From Pseudomonadota bacterium (GTDB taxonomy: Bacteria; Pseudomonadota; Alphaproteobacteria; Puniceispirillales; UBA1172), in NCBI GenBank assembly GCA_027593125.1, contig JAQCJL010000001.1:788-64787 (forward strand): a stretch of 64,000 nt of DNA, written 5' to 3'. The translations under genes were made by a program, and so were the position numbers. The notes below the pieces were generated by a model that ran no database searches, had not been told where the DNA came from, and saw only the letters and a list, made by a program, of their open reading frames with translations. Positions 47,379 to 57,145 of the stretch are shown piece after piece. Position 1 is the stretch's first letter. Every line of letters starts with the position of its first letter.

Positions 47379-50154
47379 GACATCGACCACAGAGGTGATG
47401 ATCCTCATGCACCAATTCTGGCAAAATTTTCCAACAGCGGTCACATTTATCACCATCAGCCAGCGCAATTGTTACCCCTATATCCGGATAATCTTCATCT
47501 AAATGAGCATCTTCTGCCGGCTTTGCTTCAACAAGATCAGCGGATGAGGTGATGAACACCTCTGCGGCATCAAGACCCACAAACGCATCAATAACCGCTT
47601 TCGGGGCATAGAGCGTGGGATGAGCCTGCAAGGATGATTTCATCACACCTGCATTGCGGGCCTTTTCAATTGCCCCTGTCACGACCAATCTGGCTTGGCG
47701 AATCTTAGCCCAGCGATGACCAAGGGTTTCATCAAGCCAAGTGTCAGGCAGGTCAGGGAAAATCTGAAAATGCACTGAATTTTTAGGATCAGGATAACGC
47801 GTCTGCCATGCTTCTTCGGCAGTAAAAGTCAAAATTGGGGCTAGCCAAACCACAAGCGTATCAAACAAAATATCCATCACTGTCCGGCAAGCGCGGCGTT
47901 CCGTTGAGGCAACATCACCGCAATAAAGCAAATCTTTGCGGATATCAAAATAGAATGCCGAAAGGTCACTGTTGCAGAAATGGTGGATCATGGTGAAAAT
48001 CTGATGATAGTCATGTGCTGCTGTGGCTTTGCGAATTTGGATATCCATCTCTTTGAGCCGCATCAGCACCCAGCGTTCCAATCCTGGCATTGCCGATGGA
48101 TCAACTTTTTCTTCAACGGAAAAACCTTCAAGGCTTCCTAGCAGATAACGTAAGGTGTTGCGCAGACGGCGATAATGATCAGCCTGACGTTGGATGATCT
48201 CCTTACCAATCCGCAGGTCATCATAATAATCCGAATTGGCAACCCAAAGCCGCAGGATATCTGCCCCGTTTTGGTCAATCACCTGTTGCGGCGTTACCGT
48301 ATTACCAAGAGATTTCGACATTTTCCTGCCTTGCTCATCAAGAACAAAGCCATGTGTCAAAACAGATTTATATGGCGCACGGCCCCGCGTTCCACAAGCC
48401 TCTAGCAAGGACGAATGAAACCAGCCCCGATGCTGATCTGAACCTTCAAGATACATATCCGCAGGCCATGACATTTCAGGATTATTTTCCAACAAAAAGG
48501 CATGAGTTGACCCCGAATCAAACCACACATCAACAATATCTGTGACCTGTTCATAATCATTAGCGTCATAATCATTGCCCAGAAACCGGCTTGGTGGAGA
48601 GCTAAACCACGCATCTGATCCTTCTGCTTGAAAGGCTTCAACCACGCGGTCGATCACCCTTTGATCACGCAAAGGCTCCCCTGAAGCTTTGTGAAAAAAC
48701 ACGGGAATAGGCACACCCCAAGCGCGTTGCCGGCTGATGCACCAATCTGGGCGGTTGGCAATCATGCTGGTTAAACGTGTCTGGCCTGAGGGGGGATAAA
48801 ATGCGGTCTTGTTTAATTGATCCAAGGCAGTGTCACGCAGGCCAGTGCTTTCCATCGAAATAAACCACTGCGGCGTATTGCGGAAAATCAATGGCGCATG
48901 GCTTCGCCAAGAATGCGGATAGGAATGGTTCACTTCACCGCGACCGATCAAGGCACCATGTTCTGCCAGAATATCAGCAATTTTCTCATTATCTTTCAGC
49001 GCGCTCATCCCAGCAAAAATAGGAAGATGTTCCATCACCCTGCCATCCGCCCCAATCGTTTCTGGAACAGGCACACCATGAGCAAGCCCAAGCACATAAT
49101 CTTCGGCCCCATGACCCGGGGCAATATGAACAATCCCTGTCCCCTGATCGGTGGTCACATAATCAGCCGGCAACATCGGCACCGCATGATCATAACCATA
49201 TGCCGCCATAGGGTGATCCAATATGGTATCCTTGAACATGGCTGGGGCAATATCAGCCAAGCGGTTAAGTGCCGTAATCCCGCAAGCTTCAGCAACCTCA
49301 GCAGACAACGCATCAGCCAAAACAATCTTTTCCCCTTGAGAGGCAAGCGAATCTGCCGCCGTTTCAGCAATATGATAAAGCCCATAAGAAATCTCTTCGC
49401 CATAGGCCGTGGCGCGGTTCCCCGGCATTGTCCAAGGCGTCGTTGTCCAAATAATAACAACTGTATCTTTGAGGATATCATGTTGAGTCTGGCGCACAGG
49501 AAAGCGAGCATAAATAGTGGTTGAGCGGCGATCAAAATATTCAATCTCAGCTTCTGCTAATGCGGTTTTTTCAACTGCTGACCACATCACAGGCTTAGAC
49601 CCCCGATAAAGCGCCCCATTCATTAAAAACTTGCCAATCTCGCCTGCAATCACCGCCTCAGCTGAATAGGCCATCGTCAGATACGGGTCTGCCCAGTTGC
49701 CCATCACACCAAGACGCTGAAATTCATCAGACTGAACACCAACCCAATGGCTGGCAAAATCTCGGCATTCTTTGCGAAACTCCACAATCTCAACCTGATC
49801 TTTATCTTTGCCTTTTTTGCGATAGCTTTCTTCAATTTTCCATTCAATCGGCAAGCCATGGCAATCCCACCCCGGCACATAATTGGCATCTTTGCCTAGA
49901 CCTGATTGGAAGCGATTGATGATATCTTTGAGAATTTTATTCAGAGCATGACCAATATGCAGATTCCCATTGGCATAGGGTGGGCCATCATGGAGAATAA
50001 ATTTTTCTGCCCCTTTACGGTGTTCGCGCAGGCGGTCGAAAAACCCCATTTGGTCCCACATCGCTTGGATTTCAGGTTCTTTTTTTGGCAACCCTGCCCG
50101 CATCGGAAAATCCGTTTTAGGAAGAAACACCGTGGCTTTAAGATCATCGGTCAT
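47359..50154 (-). CDS. ileS: Isoleucine-tRNA ligase.
   Basis: HIGH motif (PPYANGNLHIGHA), KMSKS, C-terminal zinc CDRC...CGRC. Confidence 0.97.
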   Translation of the reverse strand: MTDDLKATVFLPKTDFPMRAGLPKKEPEIQAMWDQMGFFDRLREHRKGAEKFILHDGPPYANGNLHIGHALNKILKDIINRFQSGLGKDANYVPGWDCHGLPIEWKIEESYRKKGKDKDQVEIVEFRKECRDFASHWVGVQSDEFQRLGVMGNWADPYLTMAYSAEAVIAGEIGKFLMNGALYRGSKPVMWSAVEKTALAEAEIEYFDRRSTTIYARFPVRQTQHDILKDTVVIIWTTTPWTMPGNRATAYGEEISYGLYHIAETAADSLASQGEKIVLADALSAEVAEACGITALNRLADIAPAMFKDTILDHPMAAYGYDHAVPMLPADYVTTDQGTGIVHIAPGHGAEDYVLGLAHGVPVPETIGADGRVMEHLPIFAGMSALKDNEKIADILAEHGALIGRGEVNHSYPHSWRSHAPLIFRNTPQWFISMESTGLRDTALDQLNKTAFYPPSGQTRLTSMIANRPDWCISRQRAWGVPIPVFFHKASGEPLRDQRVIDRVVEAFQAEGSDAWFSSPPSRFLGNDYDANDYEQVTDIVDVWFDSGSTHAFLLENNPEMSWPADMYLEGSDQHRGWFHSSLLEACGTRGRAPYKSVLTHGFVLDEQGRKMSKSLGNTVTPQQVIDQNGADILRLWVANSDYYDDLRIGKEIIQRQADHYRRLRNTLRYLLGSLEGFSVEEKVDPSAMPGLERWVLMRLKEMDIQIRKATAAHDYHQIFTMIHHFCNSDLSAFYFDIRKDLLYCGDVASTERRACRTVMDILFDTLVVWLAPILTFTAEEAWQTRYPDPKNSVHFQIFPDLPDTWLDETLGHRWAKIRQARLVVTGAIEKARNAGVMKSSLQAHPTLYAPKAVIDAFVGLDAAEVFITSSADLVEAKPAEDAHLDEDYPDIGVTIALADGDKCDRCWKILPELVHEDHHLCGRCHDVISG

Positions 50155-50164
50155 AATAAGCTAC

Positions 50165-51160
50165 TCAATTCTGTTTAGCGTGAAAAGCGCGGGCGCTTTC
50201 CACATCTCGCGCGATGCGATGGCGAAGCTCGTCCAGATTATCAAACTTTTGCTCAGCTCTGATAAAATCTAGACAAAACACATTAATCCTCTGATCATAA
50301 AGATCAAGATCAACATCAAAAAGATTGGCCTCTAATCGCACCGCTTTGCCCGCAACGGTTGGACGAATTCCGATATTGGCAACACCAGCGATAGCACCTC
50401 TTTCCGGATGATCAGGAAAAGTTGCGGCAACAGCATATACCCCTAATGGCGGGATCAAATAATCCCCCAAAAGAACATTAGCGGTTGGAAATCCAATGGT
50501 TCGGCCACGCTTATCTCCATGGGTGACAACACCACTTAAAAGATAAGGGCGGCCCAGCATTTTAGCAGCACTTTCCAGATCAGCCTCTGCGATCGCTTGC
50601 CGGATACGGCTGGATGAAATTGGCTCACCTGATTGTGCTTCTAGGCGAATTTGGTGGGCGGAGATCCCATAATATTGACCTTGTTCTTGCATCATATCCA
50701 TGCCACCCCCGCGAGCATTGCCAAAGGCAAAATCCTCACCCGCATAAATCGCCTTAACCCCAAGAGATGGCAATAATGTACTGATAAAATCCATAGCTGT
50801 GGTCTGGCGCATGGCATCATCAAAGGCTAACCGAATAATGATCTTTACCCCCGTTTCCGACAACAAAGCCATTTTATCCTGTTCATCTGCCAAGGCAAAA
50901 CCAGGCAAATCGCCTCTGAAAAACCGCCTAGGATGAGGATGAAACGTAATCACCGCAGGGACCAAACCATGACCGTGATTAACTGCTGCAGAAATTAATG
51001 TTCGGTGGCCCAAATGCACCCCATCAAAATTACCAATTGCGGCGGCAAGACCTGTCTTAAGAAAAGGCGATAATTGCGCAGGCACAGCCTGACCCACTGC
51101 CCAGTCTATCACCAGACAATCAGGAGCTTGGATTAAAGGTCTAAAGGCCTGGGGTTTCAT
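50165..51160 (-). CDS. ribF: Bifunctional riboflavin kinase/FMN adenylyltransferase.
   Basis: IGNFDGVHLGH, GFPTAN, PTVAG. Only 10 nt upstream of ileS. Confidence 0.95.
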   Translation of the reverse strand: MKPQAFRPLIQAPDCLVIDWAVGQAVPAQLSPFLKTGLAAAIGNFDGVHLGHRTLISAAVNHGHGLVPAVITFHPHPRRFFRGDLPGFALADEQDKMALLSETGVKIIIRLAFDDAMRQTTAMDFISTLLPSLGVKAIYAGEDFAFGNARGGGMDMMQEQGQYYGISAHQIRLEAQSGEPISSSRIRQAIAEADLESAAKMLGRPYLLSGVVTHGDKRGRTIGFPTANVLLGDYLIPPLGVYAVAATFPDHPERGAIAGVANIGIRPTVAGKAVRLEANLFDVDLDLYDQRINVFCLDFIRAEQKFDNLDELRHRIARDVESARAFHAKQN

Positions 51161-51270
51161 GAATAATTGAGACTTTCTAAAACAGTTTGCTTTATGCCGC
51201 CATGGACTATACTTCGGTTTTGCTGCAAATCAACGCCTTTGGCTAGTCAGGCGCAAAAATTAACGCTAGA

Positions 51271-52128
51271 ATGGAACCCATGGACTTACTAAGCATCTCT
51301 TCTTTCGACAACCTAATGTCATCTGCTATCATTCAGCAGCTGATCGGCTATTTTGGTAGTTTTACCTCAGGTTTGGTTATCATCATCCTTGGGTTTTGGA
51401 TTAGTGGCCATCTGGCAAAAATGATACGCAAGCGTCTTTCTAAGGTGAAAGCCTTTGACGACACCTTAGTTCCAGTTTTTGTCAGCACCATCCGTTATGC
51501 CATTTTGCTGATTGCCATTGTTGCTGGGCTTGGCAGTTTTGGGATCGAAACCACATCAATCATTGCGGTTATTGGTGCCGCCGGCCTTGCTATTGGTCTG
51601 GCTTTGCAAGGCACGCTTTCTAATGTTGCTGCTGGGGTGATGTTGTTATTTATTCGCCCATTTAAAATTGGGGACTGGATTGAAACCGGATCCGTATCAG
51701 GCATAGTGAATGAAATTGGCTTATTTTCTACTATCATTAACACCTTTGATAACATTTATATTTCGGTGCCGAACTCATCCATTTGGGGCAGCATCATTAT
51801 CAACCATTCACGCTATAATACCCGGCGCATGGATTTGGATATTGGCATTGCCTATGAAAGCGATCTTAACTTAGCAGAAGAAGCGCTGATGAACCTTACT
51901 AAGGATGAACGCGTGCTTTCTGACCCAGCGCCGCAGTTTCTGATCGTGGATTATGCCGCAAGCGCAATTACCGTTCGGCTTCGGCTTTATGCTAATGTGG
52001 ACACCTACTGGCCGCTTTATTGGGATATGATGCGGCAAATCAAAACTGCGCTTGATCAAGCTAATATTAGCATCCCTTATCCACAACGCGAAGTCAGATT
52101 GATAACAGGAAATGATGATTTAAGTTAA
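51271..52128 (+). CDS. Small-conductance mechanosensitive channel (MscS family).
   Basis: 3 TMs followed by the GLALQGTLSNVAAGVMLLFIRPFKIGDWI pore/beta-domain signature. Confidence 0.85.
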   Translation: MEPMDLLSISSFDNLMSSAIIQQLIGYFGSFTSGLVIIILGFWISGHLAKMIRKRLSKVKAFDDTLVPVFVSTIRYAILLIAIVAGLGSFGIETTSIIAVIGAAGLAIGLALQGTLSNVAAGVMLLFIRPFKIGDWIETGSVSGIVNEIGLFSTIINTFDNIYISVPNSSIWGSIIINHSRYNTRRMDLDIGIAYESDLNLAEEALMNLTKDERVLSDPAPQFLIVDYAASAITVRLRLYANVDTYWPLYWDMMRQIKTALDQANISIPYPQREVRLITGNDDLS

Positions 52129-52172
52129 CGTCACTGCCACAAATCTAATGAGTTGAGTATCGTTATATAGTT

Positions 52173-52859
52173 ATGAAACATTCTGATGATTCTTCGCCTT
52201 TTATCAATCGCGATACGCTGACCAATAACCTTGTTCAAAAAATGGTGTTGCAACGTGGCGGTGATCATACCGTGCTGTCAGACGAAGGCTTATTAGCGTC
52301 GCGCAGGGCATTAATTTCTGATGATTATCAAGGGGATATCTGGGTGTTTGGTTATGGGTCATTGTTATGGAACCCTGTCATCACAATTTCTGATCAAATC
52401 CAGGGCCGCATCTATGGCTATCATCGTCAATTTTGCCTTAAGACCGAGGTTGGCCGAGGCTCACCAGAAAACCCGGGCTTGGTATTAGGGCTTGATATTG
52501 GGGGGTCTTGTGTTGGCATAGCCATGAAGGTCAGCGGCGATGAACCTATTCACGAACTTGATCTGTTGTGGCGGCGAGAGATGCTCAATTCTTCCTATCA
52601 TCCCCAACTGATTAATTTTCATGCTGATGATGACGAAAAGAAAGCAAAAAAGGTGGTGACCTTTGTCATGAATCGCAATCATAAGAGCTATGTCAAAAAT
52701 TGCCCCATGCCTGAAAAGGCGCGCATGATCGCATCAGCAACAGGTTTTGCCGGCCCCTGCCGTGACTATTTGATTGAAACTCATAAAGCGCTTTTGGAAT
52801 TAGGCATTAAAGATGGTTATATCGAAGAAATCTATCATGCCGTGATGTCACATTCTTGA
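52173..52859 (+). CDS. chaC: ChaC-family gamma-glutamylcyclotransferase (glutathione-specific).
   Basis: WVFGYGSLLWNP and the catalytic region LWRREM. Confidence 0.85.
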   Translation: MKHSDDSSPFINRDTLTNNLVQKMVLQRGGDHTVLSDEGLLASRRALISDDYQGDIWVFGYGSLLWNPVITISDQIQGRIYGYHRQFCLKTEVGRGSPENPGLVLGLDIGGSCVGIAMKVSGDEPIHELDLLWRREMLNSSYHPQLINFHADDDEKKAKKVVTFVMNRNHKSYVKNCPMPEKARMIASATGFAGPCRDYLIETHKALLELGIKDGYIEEIYHAVMSHS

Positions 52860-52892
52860 CCTTATGATCAGAACAGCATAAAAGCATCTTAA

Positions 52893-52979
52893 GCGAGTGT
52901 GGCGGAACTGGTAGACGCAGTGGACTCAAAATCCACCGGTGGCAACACCTTGAGAGTTCGAGTCTCTCCACTCGCACCA
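52893..52979 (+). tRNA. tRNA-Leu (anticodon CAA), CCA encoded.
   Basis: Hand-folded. The acceptor GCGAGTG pairs with CACTCGC. Anticodon stem GTGGA/TCCAC with loop CTCAAAA. Long variable arm GGTG-GCAA-CACC. T-arm GAGAG-TTCGAGT-CTCTC. Discriminator A plus CCA. Confidence 0.92.
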
Positions 52980-53019
52980 AGCCTGACTGAGGAACTGACG
53001 AGGCGATCATTTTCCCTTC

Positions 53020-53607
53020 ATGACTGAACCAGCAACCCTGACATCACGCCTTAAATCTCGACTGCTGATGTGGCACGACCAGATGATGGGATTAGCTAGG
53101 CGCAAAACCGCCCCAATATGGCTTGGCGGATTTTCTTTTATTGAATCGATTTTCTTTCCTATCCCTGTCGACCCTATGCTTGCGGTGATGGTGATGGCAC
53201 GCCCATCACGGTTTCTTATGCTGGCGGTTTTGACGACAATTTGTTCAACATTAGGCGGCATTGTTGGTTGGTATCTTGGCTATGAATTGGGCCTAACAGT
53301 CATAGAATATTTAGGCAAAACCCATGCTTTCGAAACTGTCCGTGATGGCTTTGCGCGGCATGGCTGGATGCTTATCCTGATCGGCGCCTATACCCCCCTA
53401 CCCTATAAAGTCACAGTCATATCTGGTGGATTTCTAGGTGTTGCTTTCTGGCCACTTGTGGTGGCCTCGCTCATCGGTCGCGGTAGCCGGTTTTTACTAG
53501 TCGCGGCGATTATCCGCTATCGCGCCAACCGGCCATTGGTTTCTATGCTTGTCAGCCTATTTCTCGGTCTGGTGGCAATATGCTGGTGGATGGTGACGTC
53601 GTCATGA
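53020..53607 (+). CDS. YqaA-family (DedA/SNARE-associated-like) membrane protein.
   Basis: FSFIESIFFPIPVDPML motif and 4-5 TMs. Confidence 0.7.
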   Translation: MTEPATLTSRLKSRLLMWHDQMMGLARRKTAPIWLGGFSFIESIFFPIPVDPMLAVMVMARPSRFLMLAVLTTICSTLGGIVGWYLGYELGLTVIEYLGKTHAFETVRDGFARHGWMLILIGAYTPLPYKVTVISGGFLGVAFWPLVVASLIGRGSRFLLVAAIIRYRANRPLVSMLVSLFLGLVAICWWMVTSS

Positions 53608-54113
53608 TCTTTCCCCTGACCCTGATGAGCAAATTATTTCGTCCTTCTGCAGCGGTGCTGATGACGGCTCTGCTTGGGGCAGCAATGCTGATGACGGCCT
53701 ATGGTTTTGAGTATATCGGCGGACTGCTGCCTTGCAGGATGTGCTATTGGCAACGCATTCCTCACGCTGTGGTGATTGTTTTGCCAATTTTTCTCATACT
53801 TTTAGGCTGGCGTTATGCGGTTTGGCTTGCGGTCCTTGCAGGTTTTATCATGCTCATCAGCGCTGGTCTCGGCTTCTGGCATAGCGGTGTGGAATGGGGA
53901 TTTTTGCCAGGCCCCACAGGATGTTCAGGCAATATTGATTTTAGTGGTGATGTCAGCACTGTCCTGGATGGTTTGCTGAAAACAAAAACCATCAGGTGCG
54001 ACGAGGTGCCATGGTCATTTTTGGGGCTTTCCATGGCAGGGTGGAACTTTGTGAACAGTGCATTTATTGCTATCTATGCTTTTATCAGTGCCTCACGACC
54101 GGAAACGGAGTAA
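53604..54113 (+). CDS. dsbB: DsbB-family disulfide bond formation protein.
   Basis: 4 TMs, first loop CRMCYWQR (CxxC), second periplasmic loop with two Cys (GCSGN...IRCDE). The ATG at 53604 overlaps the yqaA stop (ATGA). Confidence 0.75.
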   Translation: MIFPLTLMSKLFRPSAAVLMTALLGAAMLMTAYGFEYIGGLLPCRMCYWQRIPHAVVIVLPIFLILLGWRYAVWLAVLAGFIMLISAGLGFWHSGVEWGFLPGPTGCSGNIDFSGDVSTVLDGLLKTKTIRCDEVPWSFLGLSMAGWNFVNSAFIAIYAFISASRPETE

Positions 54114-54120
54114 TAGCATC

Positions 54121-54645
54121 ATGACGAACCGATATCACGATCAACATGAAGTCAGCCGTTGTTTGCGTGTGGATCACGCAGGTGAGGTAGGGGCAAGACG
54201 CATTTATGAAGGCCAATTGGCTGTATTAGGCGCGCATCCTGTTGCTGAAGAAATCCGTCATATGCGTGACCAAGAACAAGAACATCTGGATACCTTTTCG
54301 TCATTGCTAAATGATTATGAGGTTCGCCCGTCTTTATTGTCCCCTCTATGGAATGGGGCTGGATTTATGTTGGGTGCGGTTACAGCCGCCATGGGCCCTA
54401 AAGCTGCCATGGCCTGCACCATTGCCGTCGAAGAAGTCATCGGCACGCATTATGACCGGCAAGCCAAATCCCTTGAGAATGAAGATGATCTTGTTGAAAC
54501 CCTAGAACGGTTTCGTGATGAAGAACTGGAACATCGCGATATTGCTAAAGATCATGATGGTGAGGACGCTATCGGATATCCCATTATGCGGCGCGTTATT
54601 CAGGCAGGTTGCCGGGTAGCTATCAAATTGGCAGAACGCGTCTAA
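54121..54645 (+). CDS. coq7: Demethoxyubiquinone hydroxylase (Coq7 family, di-iron).
   Basis: LRVDHAGEVGA, EQEHL and EELEHRD di-iron EXXH repeats. Trimmed to MTNRYHD. Lies 7 nt after dsbB. Confidence 0.9.
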   Translation: MTNRYHDQHEVSRCLRVDHAGEVGARRIYEGQLAVLGAHPVAEEIRHMRDQEQEHLDTFSSLLNDYEVRPSLLSPLWNGAGFMLGAVTAAMGPKAAMACTIAVEEVIGTHYDRQAKSLENEDDLVETLERFRDEELEHRDIAKDHDGEDAIGYPIMRRVIQAGCRVAIKLAERV

Positions 54646-54686
54646 ATCATACCCAATTCAATTTAAAAACATTTACCAATCATAGA

Positions 54687-55358
54687 TTAAGATTGAAACA
54701 CCTTGTTCAGCTGGTCATCTGATAGGCGAAATTCTTCCGGCCACGATTGATCCTGACCTTGATCTGGCTTTAATTCGCTGTCCCAATAGAGATAATCACG
54801 CCAGCTTTGGTGGAGGTGATTAGGGGGATAGCGCCGACCATTTTCCTGCAACTGCCACGTGCTAGGCTGATCTGGTTTAATCCTAGGGATCATGCCACAT
54901 TGTTCCGGCAATTTATTTGCCTTTTGTAAATTGCATCGCCCACAGGCAGCAACGACATTTTTCCAAGTTGTTCGCCCACCACGCGATCGGGGAATAACAT
55001 GATCAAAGGTGAGTTCCTGCGCGGGAAAACCTTTAAGGCAATATTGGCAAGTGAAACGGTCACGCAGAAACACATTAAATCGGGTAAAGGCCGGAAACCG
55101 GCTTTGCTGAACATAATCTTTGAGCGCGATAACACTCGGCAAACGCATGGTCATGCTGGGGGATCGGATGGCGGTATCATATTCAGAAATAATCGTTACC
55201 CGATCCAAAAATACAGCCTTGACGGTGTCCTGCCATGACCAAAGTGATAATGGAAAATAACTTAAGGGGCGAAAATCAGCATTCAAGGCAAGCGCTGGAG
55301 CCAACCCCTGTGACGAGGTTGATTGTGGAAGGCCCAGATGTGCCTGATGGTCTAACAT
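54687..55358 (-). CDS. HNH endonuclease-domain protein (stand-alone).
   Basis: CQYC...LTFDHVIPRSRGGRTTWKNVVAACGRCNLQK (HNH/zinc-finger core). About 110 aa N-terminal domain of unknown function, and an acidic/W-rich tail. Confidence 0.8.
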   Translation of the reverse strand: MLDHQAHLGLPQSTSSQGLAPALALNADFRPLSYFPLSLWSWQDTVKAVFLDRVTIISEYDTAIRSPSMTMRLPSVIALKDYVQQSRFPAFTRFNVFLRDRFTCQYCLKGFPAQELTFDHVIPRSRGGRTTWKNVVAACGRCNLQKANKLPEQCGMIPRIKPDQPSTWQLQENGRRYPPNHLHQSWRDYLYWDSELKPDQGQDQSWPEEFRLSDDQLNKVFQS

Positions 55359-55452
55359 AGGCTAATGACATCATATATATTTAGATATTTCAACCTAAAA
55401 CTAGAAAAAGATCCACAAGATATTGTGGTAAACACAAGTTCCGCTTACCAAA

Positions 55453-56139
55453 TTACCCTTGGCTGTCGCCATCTAGCTTTGCTGCAATGAAATCCATCAT
55501 GCACGCCAAACCATCACCAGAAATGCCATGCCCAACCCCTTCACAGGCTTGTGTTTCTACAGTGACTTTATTGGCTTCTAAAATTGCTTTCGCCATGTCC
55601 ATAGCTTGAAACGGCACCACTTGATCTTCTGTGCCATGGATCAACAGAATTGGCGGCCTAACCGTCATGGCCTGCGCCATTTGTGCGGGGGCAAGCAATG
55701 CCCCAGCAATGCTAATAATAGCACCAAAAGGTTCAGCCGTCCTCACCCCACCATAAAGCGACATCATTCCGCCTTGAGAAAAGCCAGCCATCACAACACG
55801 CCCAGGGGGGATATGAAATTGTTCCATCAAAGCATCAAGCAATTTCTGTAACCCAGGAAAGGCACGCGATGGCCCTTCGTCAATGAGGGTTGCATCTACC
55901 CCTAGATCAAACCACTGTTTGCCCATGGGATTAGCGGAACAAGGTTCCGGCCCATCAGGCGCACAAATTACCGCCGCCGGAAACCGCGCCGCCAGATGCG
56001 GTGCCATATCAATCAGATCACTACCATCCGCCCCCCAACCATGCAGCAGAACAATTAAACGATCAGACTTAATTTCTGGGTCAGGCTGATGAATGAGCAC
56101 ACTGAAATCAGCGATAGATTGGCGAATGATGGTTGGCAT
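55453..56139 (-). CDS. Alpha/beta hydrolase, phospholipase/carboxylesterase family.
   Basis: Nucleophile elbow GFSQGG, LLHGWGADG, C-terminal HGTEDQVVP ... GHGI. Confidence 0.8.
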   Translation of the reverse strand: MPTIIRQSIADFSVLIHQPDPEIKSDRLIVLLHGWGADGSDLIDMAPHLAARFPAAVICAPDGPEPCSANPMGKQWFDLGVDATLIDEGPSRAFPGLQKLLDALMEQFHIPPGRVVMAGFSQGGMMSLYGGVRTAEPFGAIISIAGALLAPAQMAQAMTVRPPILLIHGTEDQVVPFQAMDMAKAILEANKVTVETQACEGVGHGISGDGLACMMDFIAAKLDGDSQG

Positions 56140-56184
56140 GATAATCTCGTCCTTTGATTACCCATACTACCTCATTTGGGTGGC

Positions 56185-57099
56185 ATGGGTGAAATGATTT
56201 TCTTTCGTCAGGTGAGCATGATCCCAATCCATGACATTCTACCGCATCTTGTTGCCCCTTTGAAATCTGGTGAGATCACGCGCTTTGCCCCCTCACCATC
56301 AGGATATCTGCATCTTGGGCATGCGTTTTCGGCAATGTTTGCTTCTAGCCTTGCGGCCACCAGTGGCGGTCTTATGTGCCTTCGCATTGATGACATTGAT
56401 ACCACCCGTTGCCGAGAGATTTATTTTGATGCCATTTTTGAAGACCTTGCTTTTCTGGGCATCCCCTATGAAGAACCTGTCCGCTACCAAAGCCAACATC
56501 TGTCTGCTAGCCACGAGGCGTTAGAATATCTCAAGAATCAAGACCTGATCTATCCCTGCTATTTAAGCCGGCGAGAATTGGCAGAACTGCTTTCCGCCCC
56601 ACATCACCCCAGCAATACCGATCAACTTATCACTAGCAATATCCGCAGTGAACGCGAAGCGGATGGCAATCAACCTGCGTGGCGGTTGCGTATGGCGACC
56701 ATCAGGGATCGGTTTAGAGATATTCAGGCAACAGACTTGATTCATGGCCAGGTCAACATCGTTCTTGAAAATATCGGAGATGAGGTAATTGCCCGCAAAG
56801 ATATTGGCACCAGCTATCATCTGAGCACAGTGTTAGATGATGATGCCATGGGCGTAAGCCTTGTCAGTCGTGGATATGATCTCTTTGACGCGATACCCGT
56901 TCAGCGCATTTTGCAAGAATTGCTAGGCATCACACCGCCCAGATACGCGCATCATGAGCTAATTCCAAATGAACAAGGCCAGCGCCTAGCTAAGCGAGAA
57001 AACGCCCTTAGCCTGCGACAAATGCGACAAAATGGATGCGATCGTGACCTTATTCTCAGAATGATGACAAAATGCCGCAATTTTATTGAAAAAAAATAG
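56185..57099 (+). CDS. gluQ: Glutamyl-Q tRNA(Asp) synthetase.
   Basis: RFAPSPSGYLHLGHA (HIGH-like). Truncated GluRS catalytic domain of about 300 aa with no anticodon-binding domain. The start is uncertain (TTG 56176; ATG 56185, 56194 or 56218). Confidence 0.85.
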   Translation: MGEMIFFRQVSMIPIHDILPHLVAPLKSGEITRFAPSPSGYLHLGHAFSAMFASSLAATSGGLMCLRIDDIDTTRCREIYFDAIFEDLAFLGIPYEEPVRYQSQHLSASHEALEYLKNQDLIYPCYLSRRELAELLSAPHHPSNTDQLITSNIRSEREADGNQPAWRLRMATIRDRFRDIQATDLIHGQVNIVLENIGDEVIARKDIGTSYHLSTVLDDDAMGVSLVSRGYDLFDAIPVQRILQELLGITPPRYAHHELIPNEQGQRLAKRENALSLRQMRQNGCDRDLILRMMTKCRNFIEKK

Positions 57100-57145
57100 G
57101 TCAGATGTGTTGACTTTAATAGCGACGAAGACCATATCACGCTCA

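Noticed and set aside
48817-49524. A 235-aa plus-strand ORF, with neighbours at 48175-48545 and 49906-50178, lying antisense inside ileS.
   Set aside because: It lies opposite an unambiguous full-length ileS (HIGH, KMSKS and zinc motifs). The translation is R/H/N/I-rich low-complexity sequence with no motif, typical of a shadow ORF.
52893-55452. tRNA-Leu(CAA) as an integration hotspot, with the downstream yqaA-dsbB-coq7-HNH genes as a possible genomic island.
   Set aside because: There is no integrase, I did not find a direct repeat of the tRNA 3' end downstream, and the cargo (dsbB, coq7) is core metabolism. The HNH gene alone is not evidence of mobility.
55359-55452. The AT-rich spacer (…CATCATATATATTTAGATATTTC…) as a possible dif/Xer site or replication-related element.
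   Set aside because: Comparison with my recollection of the dif consensus (GCGCATAA-TGTATA-TTATGTTAAAT type) gives a poor match in both arms. It is more simply the promoter region of the HNH gene.
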